From: Veleropilina oligotropha
Taxonomy: Eukaryota
Length of the DNA: 64,000 nucleotides
Reading direction: 5' to 3'
NCBI GenBank assembly: GCA_048128005.1
Contig: JBEUKZ010000054.1
Coordinates: 186,001-250,000 of the forward strand
The translations under genes and the position numbers were made by a program. Under the pieces are notes generated by a model. It did no database searches. It was not told where the DNA came from and saw nothing but the letters and a program-made list of their open reading frames with translations. Positions 54,268 through 64,000 of the stretch are shown here, piece after piece (positions within the stretch are counted from its first letter, which is position 1; each line of letters starts with the position of its first letter).

Positions 54268-54500
54268 CAGGAAAGGATCGATGCTTAATATCCTGTATAT
54301 TCCCAACCCTCATTTGGTTCAAAGTCCATATTATCGCGAGAGGAAACCTTGTCGCTCGGGGAAACCCACCGTCTCCGCCCAGTTACGGACAACTGTGATT
54401 CATAACTTGAACAAATGTGTGATGTCCCTGCTGAGGTTTCAACCCACTGCTGTTCGCGTCATTGGAATCAAGTCACGAATGCACGCTCAAAGTGCTTACA
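54268..54500 (-). mobile_element. tRNA-headed SINE copy
   Basis: Reverse complement matches 55280-55478 (ttgttcaagttatgaa.cacagttgtccgt..; atacagga.attaagcat). Confidence 0.8.
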
Positions 54501-54537
54501 TCGTAGTTACTTCTGGTTATTGGCCTCTTGATACGAT

Positions 54538-55231
54538 AATCCATCTCAACCCTCTCTGATAGTATTATCCATCTCAACCCTCTCTGATAGTATTATCCAT
54601 CTCAACCCTCTCTGATAGTATTATCCATCTCAACTCTCTCTGATAGTATTATCCATCTCAACCCTCTCTGATAGTATTATCCATCTCAACCCTCTCTGAT
54701 AGTATTATCCATCTCAACCCTCTCTGATAGTATTATCCATCTCAACTCTCTCTGATAGTATTATCCATCTCAACTCTCTCTGATAGTATTATCCATCTCA
54801 ACCCTCTCTGATAGTATTATCCATCTCAACTCTCTCTGATAGTATTATCCATCTCAACCCTCTCTGATAGTATTATCCATCTCAACTCTCTCTGATAGTA
54901 TTATCCATCTCAACCCTCTCTGATAGTATTATCCATCTCAACCCTCTCTGATAGTATTATCCATCTCAACCCTCTCTGATAGTATTATCCATCTCAACCC
55001 TCTCTGATAGTATTATCCATCTCAACTCTCTCTGATAGTATTATCCATATCAACCCTCTCTGATAGTATTATCCATCTCAACCCTCTCTGATAGTATTAT
55101 CCATCTCAACCCTCTCTGATAGTATTATCCATCTCAACCCTCTCTGATAGTATTATCCATCTCAACCCTCTCTGATAGTATTATCCATCTCAACCCTCTC
55201 TGATAGTATTATCCATCTCAACCTTCTCTCT
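54538..55231. repeat. Minisatellite, 28-bp unit, ~24 copies
   Basis: ccatctcaac(c/t)ctctctgatagtattat repeated. Confidence 0.96.
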
Positions 55232-55492
55232 GGCCGCTTCGGTAGCGCAGTGGGTAGAGTGTCCACTCTAAATTCACTGGCTTGTTTCCGCTGACGCGAA
55301 CAGTAGTGGGATCGACCCCCGGCTGAGGCAGCACACATTTGTTCAAGTTATGAAGCACAGTTGTCCGTGACTGGCCGAAGAGGGCGGGTTTACCCGGCGA
55401 CCGGTGTTTCCTCCCGCGATAACACGGACATGTCCTGCCTTGAACCTCGATGTTATAAATATACAGGACATTAAGCATAATTCCTCCTCCTC
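55232..55492 (+). mobile_element. Full-length tRNA-derived SINE
   Basis: A box tagcgcagtgg, B-box-like gggatcgacccc, core gggcgggtttacccggcgaccggtgtttcctccc (resembles V-domain), (tcc)n tail, approximate TSD ctcaacc(t)tctct. Confidence 0.85.
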
Positions 55493-55555
55493 CTCAACCC
55501 TCTCTGATAGTATCACGGTCAGTTAGACGCTTGACTAGTCATTCTGACAATTTTT

Positions 55556-55804
55556 TCAATGCCATCCACGTACCCAGTGAAGCACATCAATGCCATCCAC
55601 GTACCCAGTGAAGCACATCAATGCCATCCACGTACCCAGTGAAGCACATCAATGCCATCCACGTACCAAGTGAAGCACATCAATGCCATCCACGTACCCA
55701 GTGAAGCACATCAATGCCATCCACGTACCCAGTGAAGCACATCAATGCCATCCACGTACCCAGTGAAGCACATCAATGCCATCCACGTACCCAGTGAAGC
55801 ACAT
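55556..55804. repeat. Minisatellite, 31-bp unit x8
   Basis: caatgccatccacgtacccagtgaagcacat repeated. Confidence 0.95.
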
Positions 55805-55898
55805 TTGTGTTTATTCTTTTCACAGGAGAATTCGCCAGGATCGGGGATTTTACCCAAAATTTCTGCATCCAGACCTCGACCACTGAGCCACGGCGGCA
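55805..55898 (-). mobile_element. tRNA-derived SINE head abutting the 31-bp array
   Basis: Reverse strand gccgccgtggctcagtggtcgagg (A box) ... gggtaaaatcccc (degenerate B box). Confidence 0.55.
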
Positions 55899-56995
55899 TA
55901 AATTGATCGACCTGTTTTAATAACCTGTAAGGTTCATACAAGGACATTAGGGCAGTAAACCAGCCCGGTCACCTGAGCAAACCTGCCCGGTCACCTGAGC
56001 AAACCTGCCCGGTCACCTGAGTAAACCTACCCGGTCACCTGAGTAAGCCTGCCCGGTCACCCGAGTAAACCTGCCCGGTTACCCGAGTAAACCTGCCCGA
56101 TCACCCGAGTAAACCTGCCCGGTCACCCGAGTAAACCTGCCCGGTCACCCGAGTAAACCTACCCGGTCACCCGAGTAAACCTGCCCGGTTACCCGAGTAA
56201 ACCTGCCCGATCACCAGAGTAACCCTGCCCGGTCACCCGAGTAAACCTGCCCGGTCACCCGAGTAAACCTGCCCGGTCACCCGAGTAAACCTGCCCGGTC
56301 ACCCGAGTAAACCTACCCGGTCACCCGAGTAAACCTACCCGGTCACCCGAGTAAACCTGCCCGGTCACCCGAGTAAACCTGCCCGGTCACCCGAGTAAAC
56401 CTGCCCGGTCACCCGAGTAAACCTACCCGGTCACCCGAGTAAACCTGCCCGGTCACCCGAGTAAACCTGTCCGGTCACCCGAGTAAACCTGCCCAGTCAC
56501 CCGAGTAAACCTGCCTGGTCACCCGAGTAAACCCACCTGGTCACCCGAGTAAACCTGCCCGGTCACCCGAGTAAACCTGCCCGGTCACCCGAGTAAACCC
56601 ACCCGGTCACCCGAGTAAACCTGCCCGGTCACCCGAGTAAACCCGCCCGGTCAACCGAGTAAACCTGCCCGGTCACCCGAGTAAACCTGCCCGGTCACCC
56701 GAGTAAACATGCCCGGTCACCCGAGTAAACCTGCCCGGTCACCGAGTAAACCTGCCCGGTCACTTGAGTAAACCTGCCCGGTCACCCGAGTAAACCTGCC
56801 CGGTCACCCGAGTAAACCCGTCCTGTCACCCGAGTAAACCCGCCCTCTGTGATCAATTATGGACAACTGTGACTGGCGGTTGAACGAGGATGTTATTTTA
56901 TTGCCCCAGCCGAGGTTTTAACGCACCGATGTTAGTCAGAGGTCCATCAAAGAATACGAAGTCGGCTCTAGTAGGCATTCGGTAACCGGAGCACC
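55899..56995 (-). mobile_element. SINE copy expanded by an internal 22-bp array
   Basis: Left flank aggttca..aggacat and right flank cccgccct..ggacaactgtg..ccccagccg are reverse complements of the SINE 3' and 5' halves. Confidence 0.7.
55955..56845. repeat. Minisatellite, 22-bp unit, ~40 copies
   Basis: ccggtcacccgagtaaacctgc repeated. Confidence 0.96.
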
Positions 56996-57315
56996 TCACG
57001 CTTCCAATTATGACCTTCTGTCACTGTTAACTTCGCAAAGTCTTTTTTCTAATGTTGCGTGAAAATTTATGTCAAAAAAATAATACGAAGCTAAGGTATA
57101 ATGTGTGTAATCTGCCATTAATAAATTCATGAGCAAATCTAACCAAAACTGCAGACATTCGAACGTACATGATATCACCATATGTCGTTTCAATTCGTAG
57201 CCCCTAATTTCCTCGAACACATCATGCACCAACCCCATAGAATAACAACATGAGCGGCCGGTTCAGGATCTGCTAACCTTGCGAGATAAAGGTTGTGACC
57301 ACGACGCGTGTCTTC

Positions 57316-57746
57316 TCTCATCCCACGATTAGCCACCCTGAACTGACGCAAAGCTATTGATTGTGTTCAGTAACGTGTTCCCAAGCTAAACCACTCGGTA
57401 CCCTCATCCCACGATCAGCCACCCTGAACTGACGCAAAGCTATTGATTGCGTTCAACAACGTGTTCCCAAGCTAAACCACTCGGTACCCTCATCCCACGA
57501 TCAGCCACCCTGAACTGACGCAAAGCTATTGATTGTGTTCAGTAACGTCTTCCCGCTAAACCACTCGGTACCCTCATCCCACGATCAGCCACCCTGAACT
57601 GACGCAAAGCTATTTATTGTGTTCAACAACGTCTTCCCAAGCTAAACCACTCGGTACCCTCATCCCACGATCAGCCACCCTGAACTGACGCAAAGCTATT
57701 GATTGTGTTCAACAACGTCTTCCCAAGCTAAACCACTTCGGTACCC
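57316..57746. repeat. Tandem repeat, 86-bp unit x5
   Basis: ctcatcccacgatcagccaccctgaactgacgcaaagctattgattgtgttcaacaacgtcttcccaagctaaaccactcggtacc repeated. Confidence 0.93.
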
Positions 57747-57834
57747 GATGATCAGTTCACAGTTGTTTCTAGAATTTCATAATAATTTTTTATTAATGCC
57801 TATGTTCCATTTTAGCACCCTTATATTATGTAAC

Positions 57835-57959
57835 CGAGTTATGAACAACTGTGACTGTTGATTGAAAAATGTGCCCAGACGAGGATTTGATCCCTCGCCT
57901 GTTACTGAAGCCAATGAATTGGGAGCCACGCCATTTTCCACTACAATACCGGGCGGACC
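57835..57959 (-). mobile_element. SINE 5' half
   Basis: acaactgtga..gaggatttgatccc..ccactacaataccgggcggacc; reverse complement resembles the head of the full SINE. Confidence 0.55.
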
Positions 57960-58435
57960 AGCAAGAGGAAGATGGTCACGTGATGGGGGGTCTTAGAATC
58001 AGAATAGGAAGCTGCCCAATCGAGAGTTGCTCAATGCACGGCACTCATGCGCCACATAATCGGTGATCAGGGGGGGGGGGGGGGGTTGTGCCAGTACCTC
58101 ATCATGAAAAGTTCTTAACCACAACATCAAAGAGCAAATGAAGAGCCTAGTGTAAAAAAACGCCTAAATCACATTTTGTACATTTTGTACGCCATTTTAA
58201 TATTTGTTTTTCCTTATTACAGAGGTTGCTTGCATGTTACTGTGCATTGATTATATTTGACATAAGCACGTTTTCTATGGCATATATTTATTCTGTAGGT
58301 GAAGAACCCATAGTCTGACAATTTAGAATAATAATGTGCAATATTCCAAAAATGTGACTTAAGCACTTTTTCACTAGGGTCTTCAAATGCAAAATCAAAC
58401 CTAAAATCTTCTACAAATTCAGACAAAAAATCCAT

Positions 58436-58742
58436 ACTATTTAAGCTAATCGCTACTGAAGATTTAAAAATAATTAAACGCTGTCCGCTTTTAATTACCT
58501 CGCACCGAGTGAAGTTCCAATTGACAAAGTTGGAGCCACTTTGCGTAGGTTTCTGCTCGTCAAGTAAGATAGCTTTCTATTTGACATATATTGCCCAGTT
58601 ACATTAATAATTTTAATAAAAAATATATCATTTGATCATAATCTTCGCGAAATTTGTATCAATATGCGCGAACCGTGCGATAGTGAGTGATTAGTCAAGC
58701 TACACAGTCACGAAAAGGGCGCATTTACTGGCAATAGTCTCT
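58436..58742 (+). mobile_element. Kolobok-type MITE copy 2, one end missing
   Basis: Body matches copy 1; ends ggcaatagtctct followed by TTAA. Confidence 0.75.
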
Positions 58743-58995
58743 TTAACTCTTTGGCCCTTTGTGACAGGTTATCCCGCCTAATTATCATTGAGTTACTGAA
58801 TACACAGCGGCAAAGAGCAGCGCCTTGAGGAATCGTGGGATGCGCCATGGGCTCCTCGTAATCTGGTGCTTCTTTGTGGTGCTATTGATTCTTTTATCTC
58901 ACTGTAATGACACAGGATCCCAGCAATACTGTCAATATTTACATTGTCTGTATATCAATAACTGAAATAAAGATTGATAATGCTAATCGGATTTG

Positions 58996-59301
58996 CGAAA
59001 CATCAGTGATCGTGGTGCGACAGAAGAAACGAAACATCAGTGATCGTGGTGCGACAGAAGAAACGAAACATCAGTGATCGTGGTGCGACAGAAGAAACGA
59101 AACATCAGTGATCGTGGTGCGACAGAAGAAACGAAACATCAGTGATCGTGGAGCGACAGAAGAAACGAAACATCAGTGATCGTGGAGCGACAGAAGAAAC
59201 GAAACATCAGTGATCGTGGAGCGACAGAAGAAACGAAACATCAGTGATCGTGGAGCGACAGAAGAAACGAAGCATCAGTGATCGTGGTGCGACAGAAGAA
59301 A
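58996..59301. repeat. Minisatellite, 34-bp unit x9
   Basis: cgaaacatcagtgatcgtgg(t/a)gcgacagaagaaa repeated. Confidence 0.95.
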
Positions 59302-59343
59302 TCTTCGTATCTCATCATTGATGTCGCTTGACAAAGTGGCGCC

Positions 59344-59452
59344 GACAGATGACATATGGGGTTCAACTAATGAGGATGCGACAGATGACATATGGGGTTC
59401 AACTAATGAGGATGGGACAGATGACATATGGGGTTCAACTAATGAGGATGGG
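59344..59452. repeat. Tandem repeat, 36-bp unit x3
   Basis: gacagatgacatatggggttcaactaatgaggatg(c/g) repeated. Confidence 0.9.
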
Positions 59453-59563
59453 AATTTTTGCTTTGCAATCTCCTGTCTGAAAGGAATATCAGTCTCCAAC
59501 AGGCAAGACAACAGAGGCAGATCATCAAAGAATGATAAGGTTTACAAATTAGTACGAATAGAA

Positions 59564-59640
59564 GCATCGGCGGACGAGTGGTTAGCGCGCCAGATTCTCA
59601 ACCGAAGCCGCTAGTTGGTCCCGGGTTCGAGGCCAGATGC
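59564..59640 (+). mobile_element. tRNA-like SINE head or tRNA pseudogene
   Basis: gcatc...gatgc closing stem, A-box-like gagtggttagc, B box gggttcgaggcc; cloverleaf not canonical. Confidence 0.45.
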
Positions 59641-60092
59641 GGTTCGTTCTGTCGCGTAAAATAATAGACAGCATATCCCTAATTGAAGGTATGTCAGTGA
59701 GACCGGGTGTTCCGACTACGATACAGCTGAAAAATGTACCATTCAACGAAGAGCGCGTCATATATATGTTTAATTCTGAAAACACTAAAACGCAATGGCA
59801 AGGTCACATTCACAGTCAATTAAAATTAATCATACGATGTGTTCAGCAAGAAAATATAGGTCAACATAGAAACAGATGATAGATAAAAAACAAATGAATT
59901 GCTAGCATATTAAACAAGAAACCTTTAATGGTATTGCATGATCAATGCTAAATGCCTGCAGTGCATGGAAAGATGAATCAGTAAAAGCATGTATACTAGT
60001 GTTTTATTAATGCAAGTTTTACAACCACTTGTCCGTGATTTAACTGTTATAATAATAACAACATCAAGATCCAATCAGACGGTTTATCTACA

Positions 60093-61563
60093 GCACCCAG
60101 GCAATGTTCTCCGGCATGGTCATTGTCCGGCATGGTCACTCAGGCATTGTCCGGCATGGTCATTGTCTGGCATGGTCATTGTCGGGCATGGTCACTCAGA
60201 CATTATCCGGCATGGTCACTCAAGCATTGTCTGGCATGGTCACTCAGGCATTGTCCGGCATGGTCACTCAGGCAGTGTCCGGCATGGTCATTGTCTGGCA
60301 TTGTCCGACATGGTCATTGTCTGGCATGGTCATTGTCAGGCATGGTCACTCAGGCATTGTCCGGCATGGTCACTCAGGCATTGTGCGGCATGGTCACTCA
60401 AGCATTGTCCAGCATGATCACCCAGGCATTGTCTGGCATGGTCACCCAGGCATTGTCCGGCATGGTCATTGTCTGACATGGTCCGGCATGGTCACCCAGG
60501 TATTGTCGGGCATGGTTACCTGGTCATTGTCCGGCATGGTCACCCAGGCATTGTCTGGCATGGTCACCTGGGCATTGTCCGGCATGGTCACCCGGGCATT
60601 GTCCGGAATGGTCACCCAGGCATTGTCCAGCATGGTCACTCTGGCATTGTCTGGCATGGTCACTCAGGCATTGTCCGGCATGGTTAATCAGGCATTGTCC
60701 AGCATGGTCACCCGGGCATTGTCTGGCATCGTCACCTGGGCATTGTCCGGCATGGTCACCCGTGCATTTTCTGGCATGGGCACCCGGGCATTGTTCGGCA
60801 TGGTCACCTGGGCATGGTCACTCGGGCATTGTTCGGCATTGTCCAGCTTGGTCACCCGGGCATTGTCCGGCATGGTCACCTGGGCATTGTTTGGCATGGT
60901 CACCATTGCATTTTCAGGCATGGGCATCCGGGCATTGTTCGTCATGGTCACCTGGGCATGGTCACTCGGGCATTGTTCGGCATGGTCACCCAGGCATTGT
61001 CTGACATGGTCACCCGGGCATTGTCCAGCATGATCACTCTGGCATTGGCCGGCATGGTCACTCAGGCATTATCTAGCATGGTCACCCGGACATTGTCTGG
61101 CATGATCAACCGGGAATTGTCCAGCATGGTCACCTGGGAATTGTCCGGCATGGTCACCTGGGCATTGTCTGGCATGGTCAATCGGGCATTGTCCGGCATG
61201 GTCAATCGGGCATTGTCCGGCATGGTCACCCAGTCATTGTCCAGTATGGTCACCTGGGCATTGTCCGGCATGGTCACCCGGACATTGTCCGGCATCGTCT
61301 CTCGGGCATTGTCCGGAATGGTCATCCAGGAATTGTCCTGAATTTTCTCGGGCATTGTCCGGCATGGTCGCCCGGGCATTGTCCGAAATGGTAACCTGGG
61401 CATTGTCTGGCATGGTCACCCGGGCATTGTCCGGCATGGTCACCCAGGCATTGTCCGGCATGGCCACCCAGGCACTGTCCGGAATGGCCACCCAGGCATT
61501 GTCCGGCATGGCCACACAGGCATTGACTGGCATGGTCACCCGGGCATTGTCCGGCATGGGCAC
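60093..61563. repeat. Diverged GC-rich minisatellite, ~24-bp unit
   Basis: ggcatggtcacccaggcattgtcc with many variants and shortened units. Confidence 0.93.
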
Positions 61564-61679
61564 CGACCAAAATATGGATCGCGGGCTCAACTTTGGTTAA
61601 CTTCGGTGATCCGATGATCTCGATAACCTGCGCATTAACGTGGTTAGTGATCTCAAAGTTAACGCCATCTAGTCATATA

Positions 61680-63770
61680 GTTCCTAACAAACAGGATTTG
61701 CTAAATAACATAAGTTATGATCTGGACCCTATGCTCACATGGATGATAAAAATTATGGCTAATGAACTGTTACGATATATGACTGAGATTGTGAACGCCT
61801 CATTGACTTCTGGTTATGTGCCCGATTCTATGAAAGCCATAATCACACCTCTTCTGAAAAAGCCATCACTGGACCAAGAGATTCTAAAAAACTACAGGCC
61901 AATGAGCGATCTATCCTTCCTCTCTACGACATTAGAGAAGGTGGTCGCCCGTCAATTACAGAAATATATGAAGGACAACAACCTCCACGACCCTCTGCAA
62001 TTTGCGTATAAACCTGGACACAGCACAGAGACTGCACTCACCAAGATCCAAGATGATCTCCTGCGTACAATTGACGATCACGGCATTGCCATAATGATTT
62101 TACTCGATCTAAGTGCGGCCTTCGATACTGTTGATCACAATGTGCTACTGGATAGATTAAACAATCTAGGATTACGTGGAACAACTCATAAATGGTTTCA
62201 GTCATATCTATCTGGCCGTAACCGGTATGTCAAGATTGACGAATCTTCATCCTTCCTGATGCAACTGCTTTTCGGTGTGGCTCAAGGGTATGTTCTGGGA
62301 CCCTTGTTATTTCTGGTATATCTCTTGTCACTGCAACACCTTATTCGGTCTCATGGAATGGAAATGCACGGATATGCTGACGATACCCAGCTATATTTAA
62401 CGTTCAGCAATCCCAGTGACTCCGATGTGTTGAAAGCTGATTGTCATAGAGTTGAGAAGTGCTTATCAGATATACACTTGTGGATGACATCAAATAAGTC
62501 AGAACTGAACTCTAACAAAACGGAAATCATGCTTTGGGGCACTCGCTAGTACCTCAGCACTATACATATTCCTTCAGTGGATGTTGCCGATACAGTGGTG
62601 CTAGTTTCAGAAAGTCCAGTTCGCAACTTAGGTGTTGAACTTGATTCGTCCCTGACCATGGTTACCCATGTGAACAAAATGGTTAAGACGGCGAGCTTTT
62701 ACATCCACAACATTGGAATAATTCGACGAAGACTAACCAATGCGACAGCGCAAACACTTGTCCAGTCGTTAGTGTTATCCAGACTTGATTACTGCAATGC
62801 GTTGCTTTGTGGACTCCCTGGCGAACAGATACACAGGCTTCAAATTGTTCAGAACAACGCTGCTCGCCTGGTTACACTAACCAAGAAAAGAGAGCACATT
62901 ACTCCTGTTCTAAAGAGTCTGCACTGGCTTCCCATCCAATTTCGAATCGATTTCAAGGTCCTACTACTCGTGTACAAGGCCATGCATAACGAGGCTCCAC
63001 AATATATTCATGATATGCTCATCGAGTACAGGCCGTCAAGACAATTGCGATCATCATTATTTTGCTCACTATACGAACCCAGAACAAAACTTAAATCTGC
63101 AGGCGACAGAGCATTCTCTGCCTATGCTCCACGCATTTGGAACAGCCTTACCTTGGACATTAAACAAGCTGTATCAACCAACTCATTTAAAGAGACTATT
63201 GCCCGTAAATTCACGAGTTGTCTCTGGTACGAGTTGAAATGACTCCCTCTATCGCACGGTTCGCGCAGATTGATACAAATATCGCGAAGATATGATCGAT
63301 ATATGATCAAATGATAGACTTTTATTGAAATTATTATTGTAACTGGGCAATATATGTTATTGTCAAGTAGAAAGCTATTTTAATTGCAACTGTGCTCCAA
63401 GTAGGTCAATTGGAAATGAACTCGGTGCGAGGTAATTAAACGCGGATCGCGTTTTATTATTTTTACGTATTCAGTAGCGATTAATTTAAACGGTAGTAAA
63501 TTACTGACGAAAGTTGAGTGTTGAAAATTCCTAACTTTTTGTGTTATAAACAAAAAGTGTGATGCTGTTAGTTTTCCTTTTAGCGCATTTACGGGCAATA
63601 GTCTCTTAAGAAAAAGCTAACAACACACTTCTTTAGACAATACTACATGTAGATTCATTCAATATGTATATGTATACTTTGCTATCTATCTGTTGTTAAG
63701 CGCGTTTGAGAATTTCAATATGGAAACCGCGCTATACAAGAAACAATTTTATTATTATTTATTATTATTA
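61680..63770 (+). mobile_element. L2 LINE, 5'-truncated, with 3' tail
   Basis: LKNYRPMSDLSFLS, HSTETAL, LLDLSAAFDTVDH, GYADDTQLY, VRNLGV, LSRLDYCNALL, HITPVLKSLHWLP; ORFs 61593-62549 and 62577-63242 share a frame split by one TAG; tail aagcgcgtttgag..gcgctatacaag..(tta)n. Confidence 0.93.
63191..63606 (-). mobile_element. Kolobok-type MITE copy 3, inserted in the L2 ORF2 end
   Basis: TIR agagactattgcccgtaaat / atttacgggcaatagtctct at a TTAA site; removing it restores NSFKKKLTTHFF. Confidence 0.85.
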
Positions 63771-64000
63771 ACGTGGTTGATGTTAACAATCAAACGTGAT
63801 TTGCCAAATAGCATACTATGCCCCTCTTTTAAAAATGGATTGTTTATTATTCAAATACAATTGACAATGCATGTACAACGAAATGTAACTGTGAAAATAA
63901 GTGATAAATTTAATTGAACTGGATTAGTTTTACTACTACTGTTAATAATTTTTCAGCTGTAAATGCAGTCGGTAAAATAATTGTGTTGACCCAATGGAAC

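Noticed and set aside
694..59452. CRISPR-like arrays
   Set aside because: Units are head-to-tail with no unique spacers; no cas genes; spliceosomal introns show eukaryotic DNA.
59564..59640. Functional tRNA gene
   Set aside because: A and B boxes present but arms do not form a canonical cloverleaf; fits a SINE head better.
59989..61590. His/Gly-rich ORFs
   Set aside because: Artefacts of the 24-bp array in several frames on both strands.

Overview
AT-rich metazoan (invertebrate-like) genomic DNA, not prokaryotic. One host gene is supported: a plus-strand RGS9BP/R9AP-R7BP family membrane anchor, assembled from six phase-compatible GT-AG exons (30318-50973, 246 codons; true first exon not located). 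The rest is nested transposon debris: RTE, CR1 and L2 LINEs, a tRNA-headed SINE family, a Tc1 with one nonsense codon inside an Academ-like element, an internally deleted MULE, Helentron-type HINEs, Harbinger- and Kolobok-type MITEs, and a hairpin-bearing Crypton-like insert. About 20 unrelated minisatellites (18-167 bp units) fill roughly a third of the window. Many of these arrays are short pieces of a LINE, SINE or transposase amplified in place, with the parent element continuing on both sides. The 800-2000 aa ORFs in the track are repeat artefacts. Family assignments come from recalled motifs, not database searches.
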